Source: Pseudogymnoascus verrucosus (Eukaryota). Taken from it: DNA of 64,000 nt. The stretch lies in NCBI GenBank assembly GCA_001662655.1, contig KV460218.1; one strand, 5' to 3'. The notes beneath the pieces are model-generated. The model saw nothing but the letters and a program-made list of their open reading frames with translations, was not told where the DNA came from and did no database searches. Each line of letters opens with the position of its first letter. The stretch's first letter is position 1. Shown piece after piece: positions 37,543-50,520 of this stretch. The translations under genes and the position numbers were made by a program.

Positions 37543-38713
37543 AATCCATCCTCTCCTAAACATATAGTACTTTCTCTAACTATCCAAGTATCTCCACGTA
37601 CCCACTGCTCCCAGCCACCGCATATCCACGCCTACCACGCGTAATCCACCCATGTCCGCTTCACGCAATGGTTGACTAGGCTAGAGGGAGGTACGGAGGG
37701 GTACTTAGGGGAGTAGGTAGGATACATGTGTCTCTCTACTCTAGCTGTCTCTAGATGGCTCATTGTTGTGTGTGACGAGCTATTTTACTATCTTGCTCCC
37801 TCCTCTCTTGTACACCCACCTACTAACATACCTAACCCTCTAAGTAAATACATACATCCATCCATCTAGCTGCTCCTATCTAACTCTCTCCCTCTCTCCT
37901 CTCTTATACAGCCACCTATTAACATACCTAACTCCCTAGCTAAATCTCTATCCATTCACTCCTGTGTGACAAGCTATCCTCCCTCCTCTCTTGTACACCC
38001 AACCCACCAACAGCCACCAGCTCCAAGCTTCCCTCCCTCTAACCCACCCAACCCCCCACAGCCAATCACACCCCCCCAATCCATCTCCCACACCTATCCC
38101 ACCCCCTCCCACCCACCGTACCTTTCCCATACGAGCCACATACCCCGGTACATTCAGGTACATGCACTCTAATAATCTCTCCAACCCACATCCACATCCA
38201 TCTCCACCCCCCCCCCCCCCCGGTCCCTCCCTCCCTCTCTCCTGTGCACACGCCCGTACCTGGGCAAAGCAAGAAGAAACCCGTTACAGAAAGCCTCATC
38301 TCCTCTCCTCCTCTCCCCCATCCCTCCCTCCTCACCGCCGCAAGAGAGAGAAGCAAACGAATCCTCACTCACTCACCCAGTGAGAGCAGGAATTCAATCC
38401 GCCGACTTGGTGTGTGTAGTAGTGTGTTGTGTACGAGAAAGAGTGAACTGCGTTTGCTACCCCCGATTGTCTTTGCCTACTCGCCGGCACCTTCTTCGAC
38501 GAGTTTAAAAAGAGTAGACTTCTTTCGCCTTCCATCCAGCGCAGTTGATCCTGTTCGTCGCCCTCATCAACAATTTCAGCTTTGAAGCTATCTACAGCCA
38601 TCGACTTCAATCAATCCCCCACCACCGTTCCGACCAAGCTCGCGAACCAGAGATCCGACCCAGCGTCTCTCACCCTCACCAGCACCTCCCAAATCCACAC
38701 GCAAACCCTCACA

Positions 38714-41598
38714 ATGGCTCCCTCCCTCAGCACACACACCTCCTTCGTGCGCCCGCGCACCGGCGACCGCGACGGCCGCCCCGGCACCCGCGACCAAAAC
38801 GACCAATCCCTCGTGATCCCCAGCCGGACCTCCTCGCTGCACTCGCGCATCACCCAGCCCATCCCCTCGACCCTGAACGTGAAGCCGCAGCAGCGCGCTC
38901 CCAAGACGCTCACGCATGCCTACATGGTGTGTGGTGTTGGGCGCGAGCCGGCACAGTGGGTGAAGGCGCCCGCGCCGGCGCAGGGCAAGATTGGACATAT
39001 GAAGGGGGCTGTGGGGCAGTTTTGGCTGCCGGAGATTCTGGGGAGTAGTCCAAGGTTGGAGCAGGATAATGAGAATGCTAGGGCGTTGCATTCGGCTATG
39101 AGGGTATGTTTTTGTATCGTTGGGTGGGAATTGGAGATGGAATGCTAATGTTGTGATTACAGGCTTGCTTCCCTCATGATGTCGAGATTTGCACTGGTAG
39201 AAGCCAGCCGCATTGCGTGCACCACTCTTTCGTCCTCCAGCAGGACTCCTCCCACACCCTCTACGGTATTGCCCTCCGCGTCTGGTCGAGGGCTGACGAG
39301 AAGCGCGCCGAGACCATCAGAGACCTCCGCAAGAGGACGGAATCCGACTTTTACGACTCCGCCGACGAGACATACTGGATCCCATACTGTCTCTCCTTCC
39401 TCTCGAGATACCCCCTCTACGACCTGCTCGGCGACTACCTGCGCGGCATGTGGATCCACTGGAACAAGGCCACCAACCTCTTCCACGCCGAGGAGGTCTC
39501 GCGCATCCTCAGCTTCCCCGCCCCGCGCCTCAACGACCTCGTCCGCATCGACATGAAGGATTACGCGCTCTGCTACCAGTTCCCCTCCTCCCCCACCGGC
39601 TTCCAGAACTTCGCCATGTGGCCCCTCTTCTCCTGTCTCTCCATCCCAAACATTGTGGGTGTCATAGAGGCCGCCTTGTCGCCAACCCGCCGCATCATCT
39701 TCGTTAGTCACTACGCTGCTATGCTGACTGTGGCTGCTGAGACGATCCGCTACTGCGTTCGCGTCTACGAGTGGAGCGGTCTCTACGTCCCGGTTGTGCA
39801 TGCTAGACATGCCACTGAGCTCGTCCAGGAGCCGGGCCCATATATCCTCGGTATCACCGCTGAGTGCAGGACTCTCTTCACTGCGCCCACCGACGCGCTT
39901 GTTGTCGACTTGGACCGCAACTTTGTCCTTACTTCCAGCCCACCTACCGCCCTCAATGCCGGCCAGCGCACCAAGATGGTTAACCGCATGACTCAGGCTC
40001 TTAACGGCGATATCACCCCGTCTGGTGTTCCCCAGCACCTCAGATCCGCATACGGAGGCGGCAAGCTCGTCCCAGCTGGCCAGATCATCGTCATGCGCGG
40101 TGAGGTCGAGTCGATCCAGGACCCCGAGTGGTGGAACCAGGATTCCATCATGGCGGTCATGGACCACGTCTGCGAGAAGATGGGCAGGAACACCGGCATC
40201 AAGGCCGTCTTCGGCGGCGCCGTCAAGAAGCCCCTCATGACCAAGGTGTCGATGCGCCACCTCAACGAGATCGTCAGGGAGCGCAACCAGTACTCCCGCG
40301 ACGCGCTGGAGGCATGGCAAGATTTCATCAACCTCAAGGGCAGAATGGACACCGAGCTCGGCAAGGTCACCAAGCGCAACAACTTCCTCGTCGAGGAGCT
40401 CGAGAGCTGGAAACAGCAGTTCCTCAAGTTCCAGGCCTTCGCCGAACAGCTCACCAAGGAGACCACAGACCTCAAAGCCAAGATCGAATCTCACAAGCGC
40501 GAAGCTCGCCGCCTCACCTCCCTCATCGAGCAGCACAAGGACGACAGCGCGCGCATCACCGTCCGCCTCTCCGGCACGGAGAAGCAGCGTGACGACGCTC
40601 TCGAGGCGCTGGTCTTGCAGCAGGAGATCGCCGAGGAGCTCGAGCGCGAGCGCAAGCGTAACAAGAAGGAACTGTCTCAGCTGCAGCACACTAACACCAC
40701 TATCCTCCGCCAACGTGACGAGGCACAGCGTGTGGTTCTTCACCTCCGCTCGCTCATCAGCGGCCAAACTCACCACATGGAGCATATCGTCCGCACTCTC
40801 GGCAAGGACGAGCTAGCCGAGTACATCGAGAACGGCTACGACGACGAGGACCTCGAGGACATCGCCGAAGAGGGCGCTGCTCCCCGTGACGCCGCTGCCG
40901 GCGAATCCTCCGCCCCCGCCGAACCCGACTCCCGCGCCTCCTCGCGCGCCCTCTCCCGCGGCGCCGACGTCAGCCCCGAAATGGAGACCCGCCTCTACAA
41001 CTCCCCCTCCGCCAGCGCGCGCAACTCCAAGCGCCTGAGCAACATGTCCATCATCGATGTGGCGGACCGCCATCTCCGCGACAAGACCGACGCCATCGCG
41101 CATATCATCCGCAACATCAGCGAGCAGTGCGCCGCGGCCGTCGAGGGGCTGCAGCTTGCTCATGACGCCGATGCGGAGGCGGAGGCGATCGCGAGACAGC
41201 AGCGTAGGCTAGCCGCGCAGAGTAGGCATTCTACGGCGTCAGTGGCCAGTGTGGCCAGTGTGAGTGGGCAGAGTGAGGATGGCGAGGCGGGGAGCGAGGT
41301 GGATGAGTCGTCCCTGCTGCACCCGGGGCGCGCGTCGAGTATCCCGCCTACACCGGATCTTATCCACAATCGTTCCAGCACAGCGATGTCCATTGCTTCG
41401 GTGACTACCACCCCTGAGCGCGGATCAGCGCAGTACTCCGACCTCCCCACCAAGATCGTGGAGGACTCCGACGAGGGGGAGGAGAGTTCCACCTCCACAC
41501 CGCAGCAGGTGGAGGAGATGCCCACCAAGGGGCGTCTGCACGAGTCCTTACTCCACCGCCCGAGTGGAGCGAGGATCAGTGCGCTGGGTGGACATTGA
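38714..41598 (+). CDS. DENN-domain protein (putative Rab GEF) with C-terminal coiled coil
   Basis: Exons 38714-39103 and 39163-41598 (intron 39104-39162). HSFVL..LYGIAL, WIPYCLSFLSRYP, RRIIFVSH, YVPV, EPGPYILG, LVVDLD, followed by a heptad-rich region. Confidence 0.88.
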
Positions 41599-43067
41599 CT
41601 CGTTGGGTTTAAACCGCAGAGGCCGGGGAGCGGGGGGGGACGGCCTGATAGCCCTATTTTTGGTAGGGCTGGTGGAGGGGGTGAGGTGGGTGTTAGTGGT
41701 GGGGGGCGGTTTGAACATGCTAGGGTGGCGGAGGTGGTTGGTGGTGCGGGTGTTGTTGTGAGGGAGATTGGGGTTAGAGAGGGGGGTGAGAGGGAGGTGT
41801 GGGGGGATAGTCCGACGCTTGCTACGTTTCGTCGGGAGTCGGTGAGGGAAATGCGCGAGTCTGCGAGAGAGCGCCGTGAACGCCGGCAGAGCAACTTGAG
41901 CATTTCCTCCTCCGCGCCGTCTCGGCGAGAGAGCGGGGTTAGTGTTTCCTCGCGCCGCTCTTCTAGACGCGAGAGCGTGGTGAGTGTTAAGGAGGGGGAG
42001 AGTAGTAGTGGTACGGAGACGGCGTCGAGTCCGCCGCCCGTGCCGAACTCGAGTAAGAATCACATCGAGAAGAAGGGCGGGTTGAGGCCGTTGAGTCTGG
42101 GGACGCATGAGGTGAGGGCGAGGAGGTGGAGGGATGCTATGGAGGAGTTGAAGAAGATGTAGATCTTTCTGCCTCTGTATGTGATGGGGGTGTCGATCCT
42201 TTGAGAGTGTACTGTTTTCCTTGTCTGAGTTTCTGAGTGTTGAGGGGAGAGGGAGAGGGAGAGGGGGAGAAAATGGGCGTCCGCGGCGTCTACGCAACTT
42301 TTGTATTTCTTTGTTTTTCTTCTGCTCGAGAGATGCCTACGGGTTGTGTCGTGCGAGCTGTTTATTTCAGTTCTTTTAGCGCCGAGAGAGAAGGGGGTGG
42401 TGGTGGCATGTCTGCTGTATTTCTGATCTCCTTGTTCCTGTTGCTGTTGTCGTTTTTTCGATACTGTATTGTTGTGTTTGTTTTGATATCTCACATCTTA
42501 TTTTAGCTGGCTAGTTTTTTAGTTGTAGTGCTTCTTTATATCCCCATTTCGAAATTCTTAGGCAATGTTTATTAGTTTTTACCAACTTACCCTACGGTCT
42601 TTACCATCTTACGTGACATTTGCCTGCTTCTACCGCTTGCTGATGCCTTTTTGTTAGACTTTCTTAAGTGAACCATATGTCTCCTGTCTGCTGTGTGTGC
42701 TATGCTCTGCTGTGCATGAAGAGAGATTTCCACCCACACACACATATATATATATATCAAAAAGACAACAACCCCTCAAAGTAGAAGTAAATCGCTGCCT
42801 TTCGGTGTGTCAGAAGCTAGGCGGGCCTGTGATGTGGCAAGGGTGTGTAGAAAGTAAACCCATCCATCCCCCCCACCCCCCTTATCTCACCCACCCACCG
42901 CACCTCAAAAGCATACATACCCCCTTCATCTCCCACATACGACCATAGATTCAAGAGAATTGGGCATCCCGTCCGCTCTGCCATACACAAGCTTGCGTAT
43001 CCTCTGGATAATAGTCTCAATCGTGCCAATAGGCATAGCGTGGAATCGCGGCCCCTTGCCGCCTGAA

Positions 43068-43127
43068 GGGTGAGGCGAGGGGTGAGCAAGGTGAGCAGGG
43101 TGAGCTAGGGGGTGAGCAGGGTGAGTG
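43068..43127. repeat. Six short direct repeats of GGTGAG(C) at the left edge of the accessory block
   Basis: ggtgaggcgagg ggtgagcaa ggtgagcag ggtgagctaggg ggtgagcag ggtgagtg. Confidence 0.75.
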
Positions 43128-43194
43128 GGACTCGGTGGCGTAACTTCTACAGTACCAAACTTCTTACAGTACAGCAATGGTTTCGGTGCTGTTA

Positions 43195-43698
43195 GCGGTA
43201 CGCTTCTCAGATGCCGTTATAGTTAGGTCGTTCTCAATGTACTTCGATAGCCCTTTAACATATTTTCTGTTGTACATCTGAGTTGCAAGTTCCATGAGCT
43301 GAATATCCTGAACAACGCAATTTGATGCCGAAGTGGCTGAACAGCGCATCTGAATCATTCTGTACATTAAAGAAGACCTTGGGGATAGTCACGGATTCTA
43401 AAACATCCTTTAGTGTCTGTCCTGCCTCCCCTGCTATAGTAAAGGCATTACCTTTGAGTACGTGGAAGTTGACTAGATAAGTCTTGTTAGGCAGTAGGAC
43501 GAGAATTTGCAGAATTGAGATAGAGCCAAATCTGTATAGATTTACCCCTTTAATATCGATATAGATAGACAGAGGGCTTGCCGGAAGATCAAGCAGAGAG
43601 TCGACGAGATTGGCAACAGCCTCCCTGCTGTCGACCAGGTAACCGCATCCTACTTCCTGGAGGTTGCTGACCTGGAACCGCCTAACAAGGTCTGGCAC
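43195..43698 (-). pseudogene. Degenerate DEDD-type 3'-5' exonuclease (EXD1/Egalitarian-like) gene
   Basis: IYIDIKGVNL..GSISILQI..TLKDVLES..IPKVFFNVQNDSDALFSHFGI, then a frameshift into VQDIQLMELAT..GLSKYIENDL. ExoI DxE reads DIK and FFD reads FFN (G-to-A changes); the sequence is 3'-truncated. Confidence 0.82.
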
Positions 43699-44193
43699 AT
43701 TATTCGCATCTGACCTTTATAGATTGTTTGTCAGATAGGGATCAAAAGAGGCTTCAATTACTTATACGAATCATCCTTACCAAGGCTGATAGACTTAAGG
43801 CTGCTTATAGTAGTAGAGATAAGCAGACTTAATATATATAAGGAGGCTTTTAACTTATGTCTACTAGTTAATATATACTAGCGTTAGTACTGTCTAAGAT
43901 GTTGTAGCCTTTATAGAGTTGGCCTACTTTGTATAGGGTGGTAAATTAGGTTTAAAGGGCTAGATGCACTTTAGAGGGCGGCCCTAGGTGCTTGTAGTTT
44001 GAACTGTAATTAAGTTATTACTGTTAGATTCGTCGAGCAAGTCGAACGAATTGCCCTTTCAACTATTCTAGCTTTTCTGGTTATTCTAGATGTTCTTGCT
44101 GCTCTTCGGCGTCTGTTTCTCTAGTCGAGCGTAGCATCACTCTATATAGCCTTAACATCTCACCAAGTCTGATTTATAACACAAACCGCGTGA

Positions 44194-44237
44194 CCATTTC
44201 AGCCGCACCATTTCAGCCACCACATTTCAGCCGCACC
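44194..44237. repeat. Three copies of CATTTCAGCC about 180 bp upstream of the NLR start codon
   Basis: ccatttcagccgca ccatttcagccacca catttcagccgcacc. Confidence 0.8.
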
Positions 44238-44416
44238 GAGCACCTTTGTGATCACCAACATCTTGTCCGACGCTATTCTTTAGTTGTTGTCGCCATTCTC
44301 GGTACTATATCCTTTACTTAGAGAAATTCAACTAAGTAGCTCTTCAACGTCACATAAACATACAATCTTGAGATCCTGCGTGTCTCACCAATCTTAGAGC
44401 CCTTATCTTGGTCAAG

Positions 44417-47400
44417 ATGCCTTTCGGTTGGATAAAGCCCCGCTTTACGACAAAGTCAAGAGAATCTTCAAAACACTATAAAGCCTCCAGACCTGTTGCT
44501 TCTGAATGCGTTGCCTCTGGATCTGTTGATTCCGGATCTGCTGCAGACAAGAATGGATTTGGCTTGCACATATTGTATGATTCTACAAAAGCAAACGAAC
44601 AACCTCTGCCAAGTCACCTTAGCCCAGATACTGATATATGCTATGAGGAAGTTGAGTATGTCTATTTGATTTTCTTTCAAGCTGTTCTCTATCACAACTC
44701 GTCTTAGTTTCCTCTCAGGCAAGATATTGCACATTGCTAACCTAGACGGTTTATAGCATCATTGCAATTCATGGACTTGGAGGGAGGCCTTTCGACACTT
44801 GGACGCATCCAAAAACAAAGAATATGTGGCTTCGCGATCTCCTTCCTTTGACAATGACGAATAGTCGCATTATGACGTATGGATATGATGCTGAAGTGTA
44901 TAAGAATAAAGGCACCTTGCGCATCCTCGACAATGCAGAAAACCTTTTGTTTTCAATTTTAAATACCCGGAAGACTGACCAAGTAAACGACCCTGCGCAA
45001 GCAAACCAATTTGCACATACTGATCCCTTCACAGAATCGCAGCCGCGCGATTGTCTTCGTTGGCCATAGCATGGGTGGGATTGTTGTAAAGAAGGTATGA
45101 GTCTTCCTATAGGTGTGAGACCTTCTAGTTGATGCATATCAGGCTCTAGTAATGGCTAGTGAGGAACAGCGGTACAAAAATATCGTTGAATCAACACGAG
45201 GTGTTATGTTCATGGGAACACCTCATGACGGAGCAGATGCCGCCAAACTAGCTCTGACTATAGCTAACATAGCAAATTCCGTGACAAGTATCAATACAGT
45301 CAATCTGGAGCTTTTACGGCGTGATTCGGAACCTCTTACCGAAATTGCGAGGTCGTTTGGGTTCCTTGCACAACGCCTGAAGATTGTGACTATCGTCGAA
45401 TCGAATACCACGCGGATACCGTACATGAGGACTCAAATCATGGCAAGTTAAGGATGCCGTTCGATGGGCCCAGCTGATGAAAGTAGATTGTGCCTCAACC
45501 TTCCGCCAGGTTGAATCTCGGAGACCGAGAAATCGTCTTTAGTATTATGGACGCAGACCACCATCTTGTCTGCAAATTCACGGGTGGAGATAGCCTCGAG
45601 TACCGGAAGGTTAGGAATGCTATTGAACTTCTAGCTACTTCACGTGATGGTATGTGAGTACATGACACGTCGATGTCGTGGTTGTAACAATATCTAATGG
45701 TTTGGGGGCTATCAGCCTCACAGGACCGCCTTCCACGTCTCCAGATTCCCTTTTCACCTGATCCCGAATTCGTTGGCCGCGAACCTGTGCTTCGGGAGCT
45801 ACATCAGAAGGTGTCTCTGTCAAATATTCATAGCCGCCATGCTTTGTACGGCCTAGGGGGCGTTGGGTACGCTTCACTATTCCTTATTATCAACACATGT
45901 CATGCTTACCATATCGCATAGAAAGTCCAGCATTGCAATCGAGTACGCAGTTCAACTCAACAGGCTCCAGCCGTCGACATGGATCTTCTGGGTACATGGA
46001 GCGAACTCCAGACGATTCAAACAGTCCTATCGAGAGATCGCCAATAGCTTGGAATTGCCAGGGCGCGACAACCCACAAGTCAACGTAGTCGAACTTGTTG
46101 TCCAGTGGCTTAGGAACGAAAAGAATGGTAAATGGGTAATGATTCTTGACAATGCCGACAATGAACACCTTTATTTTCCGAAGACCGAGTGCAGTCCTCA
46201 AGAACGGGAGGGAATGGAGCCATCCGAAGCCTTGTCGGCGTATTTGCCTCAGAGTCGACATGGCTGTATTCTTGTGACTTCACGGGATAGATTGACGGCA
46301 ATGGAGATGGTTTTTAATCGAAGCAGAAACATCACAATGATAGAGCCTATGGACGAGGAAACAGCACAAAGTCTAGTCAAGAAAAGGCTTTCTGCAGAAC
46401 AAATGGACGGGGCCAACCTAACTACATTCATTGAAATGTTGGGGCACATACCACTAGCAATCACCCAAGCATGCGCGTACCTCGAGCACTCGGCATTCGA
46501 TGAGTCGACGCCCATGACAATTGCAGAATATGAAGCACTTTTTCTTGAGACGAAGAGTACCCAGCTATATCTTCTGAAGACGGATAGAAGCGACGCGCGA
46601 CGAGACACCGAGCTACCAAGTTCAGTTGTCACGACATGGCAAATCTCGTTTGAACAGATCAAAAGAGAAGATCCATTAGCCGCTGATATACTTTCTCTCA
46701 TAGGTGTTCTGGATCGCCAAGGCATTCCAAAGTCCCTTCTCAGCCTCGACGACAATTCTGCAAAGACCAGGGAAGCACTGTCACGACTCCTGGCTTTTTG
46801 CCTCATTAAAGCCGAAAAGGGAAATAAGACGTTCGAGATGCATCATCTCGTGCAGCTCTCTTTACGTGCATGGCTGGATGACCGTTCGGAAACAACGAAA
46901 TGGATCTGCAAAGGAATTGAAATCCTATATGAAGCCTTTCCTAAGGATGCTTTTTTCACCCCCACCAATTGGCTCGAATGTTCCCAATATCTTCCTCATA
47001 CCCACGCACTTTTACTGTCAAATATTTTGACTACGAAAATTGAAGAGAGTGATATCGACATGAAGACAAAAGCGGTGTTCCATACAACGAGGCTCCTCAA
47101 TTATGTAGGAAATTATTTGGACACACAGGGCCTTTTCGAAGACGCCCTGTGCCAGCATCGTCGTGCCTACGAAATCATGGCAAAGTTCTGTGGTCCCGAA
47201 CATAAAGACACACTTATGCACTATAGCAATGTGGCACAGACCCTCTCGGAGCAAGGCAAACCAGCCGAAGCTGAGGCCATTGAGCGCGAAATCCTACGAA
47301 CTCTTTCGAATACACTTCCAGATGCCCAGGATGACGGATTGCACAGTCTCTCTGTGCTAGTTCATGCGAATTTAGCCCGGTCGCTTCATCGCCAGGGAAA

Positions 47401-48649
47401 GTATGCCGAAGCTTATTCTATCGACGAATACGTGCTGAAAGAGAGGAGGGTGAAGCCAGGCACTGAGAATAGAGACCTCTGGATTAGTATGAACGCAGTT
47501 GCGCAAAGCCTCGCAACAGCTGGTCAGCTGGAAGAGGCAGAAGCAGTTAGCCGTGACGTTGTGGCAAAGCAGACAGCGGGTCTCGGTCCAGGAAACACGT
47601 TTACCTTCGAAAGCCGGAGGGGCCTAGCAAGTATCCTAGTATTACGAGAAGACTTTAAGGAAGCAGAAGTCGAGATCAGGAACCTAATCGATATGGAAGG
47701 GAACGTACTTCCAGAAGGTCATCCGGAGAGGATGAGATCAGCGAAGATTCTGGCGGGCATTCTGTGCAAGAAAATGCAATTTTCAGACGCGGAGGACGTC
47801 CTCCGTGATGCACAGCGTTGTGGCGCGGGATTCTCATCAGAACCAACTCTGTTGATGGCCAACCTTGAGGCTGAGCTAGCTGGAACACTTCTACAACAAG
47901 AAAGATACGACGAAGCAATAAAGTTGTACAGAGCAAGCCTTTCCGTTCGAGACAAACTTCTACCAACGCGGGATCTAACAACCTACAATCTAACGGCGAA
48001 CCTAGCCACGGCTCTCGGCCTTGCGGGAAGGATCACAGAACAGCAGGATATGCTGTGGGAAACGCTGCAGGCGCTCACACAGCTCTCGGACCTCAACATG
48101 AGACCCGTACTTGATGCTCTAGTTACCCTCGCCAGCTCCTTTGGCGTTATTATAGACCCGAAAAACGTTCCAGATGCCTGCACGAGGATCTTAAAATCAC
48201 AACCAAGTCAGATATCCGATAACTGGGAAGTTTTCAAACCACGCGTGGCATCCCTCAGTTGCGTTTTGTTGGGTCTACGAATGAAGACCGAAGGGCTTGA
48301 GCTAAGTGTCCGCTTCCGCAAACGACCTGACCTGTCCACCATTCAACCTATCATGGCACTCATTGAAATCTACAAGGCGAGCGGTCGTTTCCGAGATGTG
48401 GTGCCGCTAGTGCAGGAACTTGTAGAAGACTTCACTCAGCTCCTTGGTCCTCAGCATCCCCTTACGACTATGCACGTTAGCCTACTCTCCGTGATGAGGG
48501 ATAGCGATTCTGAGGAAGCCGAGAAACTTGCTAAATCTGCTGCCAGCTTATCAGAGGAGCTTGGGAATACGGAATTAAGTGGTAATATCTCTCAGGACTT
48601 GGATAATGTTCCGGCTCTACTAGGAAAGCAGGAGGAGACGCAGAAGTAG
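44417..48649 (+). CDS. Fungal NLR: SesB-like alpha/beta-hydrolase - NB-ARC - TPR
   Basis: Exons 44417-44655, 44757-44982, 45035-45094, 45143-45442, 45487-45649, 45716-45866, 45922-48649. DIIAIHGLGG, WLRDLLP, TYGYDA, nucleophile GHSMGG, FMGTPH, DADHHLVCKF; FVGRE, Walker A GLGGVGKS (split by an intron), Walker B WVMILDNAD, LVTSR, GHIPLAI, MHHLVQ; degenerate ~42-aa TPR units. Confidence 0.9.
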
Positions 48650-49739
48650 TAGCAGCAGCCGTCGTTTTACCATTATTATAGCAGCAGCAGTAGCTGTAAC
48701 AGCTGCTCGTGCTAGCATGTAGTGTTTCCCGCTAACTGAGACCCTATATTCCAAACTTACATTATGGCTTTAGAAGTGAGAGTAATGTAGAGTGGTTCCT
48801 TCTGCCACAAGAAGCAATCCGTGGCACGTGATGTTCTTATGCAGCGTCATCTTTAGAGCTTCTACGATTTCAGAGTGCTCATTGCTGCGGTTATTGCTAA
48901 GTCAAAATATATTAATAAAGATTACGAGGTCTATTCCATTGTGGAGTAAGGCAACCTTTTGAAGAGTATCCAACATTGAGCAATTCATTGGCATGCTTGC
49001 ATATAGATGCAATTACGTTTAGGGCCGAGAAATCCGGCTGTTAGGCCTCACTATTGCGATATTTGTTCGAGCAGCAGCTCAGCCGGTGAATGGATTCTCC
49101 TTTAGTGGGGTAGAATTCAACCTACTGACTTGTATCACGTCTTTGAGTATTACGTATACGAATGGTATTTGTGGTTCACAGACATATCTTCTTCTGCTTG
49201 GTCTCACTATTGCGGCATTTGTCTGACGGGTAACTCGACCGGTGAAGGAATTCTGTTTAGTCGGGGTAGTATTTGGCTCTTGATTGTGAATCAGTATGCA
49301 TGCTTTACACAAGTGCTTTCACTCTACTATTGGTCTTGTATTACATTTCCCGGAACATCGATGGGGAGACTTTGAGCTGAAATGACACCTGCATGTAATA
49401 GCAAATCTTCTCAGTAACGACGACCATGTACAGTTATTAGAAATCATCATACATAGTAAACTGTCATACCTCGATATTGTCGAAGATCATCTTCGCAAAT
49501 GAGATTCGCTGTCTATTAAACATGCATAGCTGTATACTCTTTACACTTTTTTAACTAATGTTTCACCTAACTTTAATACAAAATCAATAGTTTAATAGTT
49601 GGATAAAACCTGTTCTTCGAATCTGCAGAGGCTATTTTGTATAGTATTACTTATATACTTAAGGTATATAAGTAATACTTTAGTAAAGAGAACTACTATG
49701 TATGTTCTTAGCTGTAATCGAAACTGTGATAATATCGCA

Positions 49740-50520
49740 CTCTACTGCTAAAAAGCATTGTGTCTTTCTTGCATATTACAGCTTGTTTTCAGGCGATAAT
49801 GCCAATCTTCAGTAGGCTAAGAAGATCTAGAAGCTAGTAAAAAAACATTTAAGTTTGTTTAAAGCACTCATTAAGGATTTTGGATCTTGCAAGACCGTAG
49901 ATATACTTAAGGGACTCCTAGAAATTTGTACTTTCGAATCAGATATTTAAGAAAAGATTGCGTTCCTAGAGCTCTTTTAAACTACTCTATCCTAAAGTGT
50001 GCAGTAGGCTACATTCGAAAATAAGGCAGCACGTTCTAAAGCAGAGGCTCTAGAAGAGCTAGTATTAGGAGGCAGAATAAATGGGTATAACAGAGATACG
50101 GGTGTAGAAGAGTGTATGTTATTACTGCTGAAATTATCTACCTGTACTAATTGCCTACAGTGCCTAAGCAGACGCTACTTAACTTAATAATGCTCAAAAC
50201 TCCTGTACAAGTGGAATCAAAAGTGCCTTTACTGCGTCCTGCGTCCATTCTATACAACGTACAGCATCTTATTCTAGGAACGACCCAATGTCTGTTAGAA
50301 CAGTGTTGCTTCGACTTTGCAGTCAAGTGGGCTCCTACTATAATCGAAAGCAAAGGTTGGGACTGCGCTGAGGCAGTATAGTTGACATTATAGATAAGGA
50401 CTTTAGCCAAGCTTTGTGATAAGCTTCCAGCAGATTCGATTTTTAACAACTCTGGGATTCCCCTTAGTATAGTCTTCTCCTCTACAGACTCAATTCGCCA
50501 TTCCACTGTTCATTAACTGT
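49740..50520 (+). pseudogene. Stop-riddled remnant of a spliced protein gene ending in an RxxxxH motif
   Basis: One frame reads NLQ*AKKI*KLVKKHL..FESDI*EKIAFLELF*, then an intron-like segment 50114-50160 (GTATGT..TACTAAT..CAG), then VQHLILGTTQCLLEQCCFDF..GWDCAEAV*LTL*I..IRHSTVH. Most stops are TAG/TAA, one transition away from CAG/CAA/TGG. Confidence 0.65.

Noticed and set aside
39157..40785. 542-aa antisense ORF over the DENN gene
   Set aside because: Shadow ORF caused by strong C-ending codon bias on the sense strand; no recognisable motifs.
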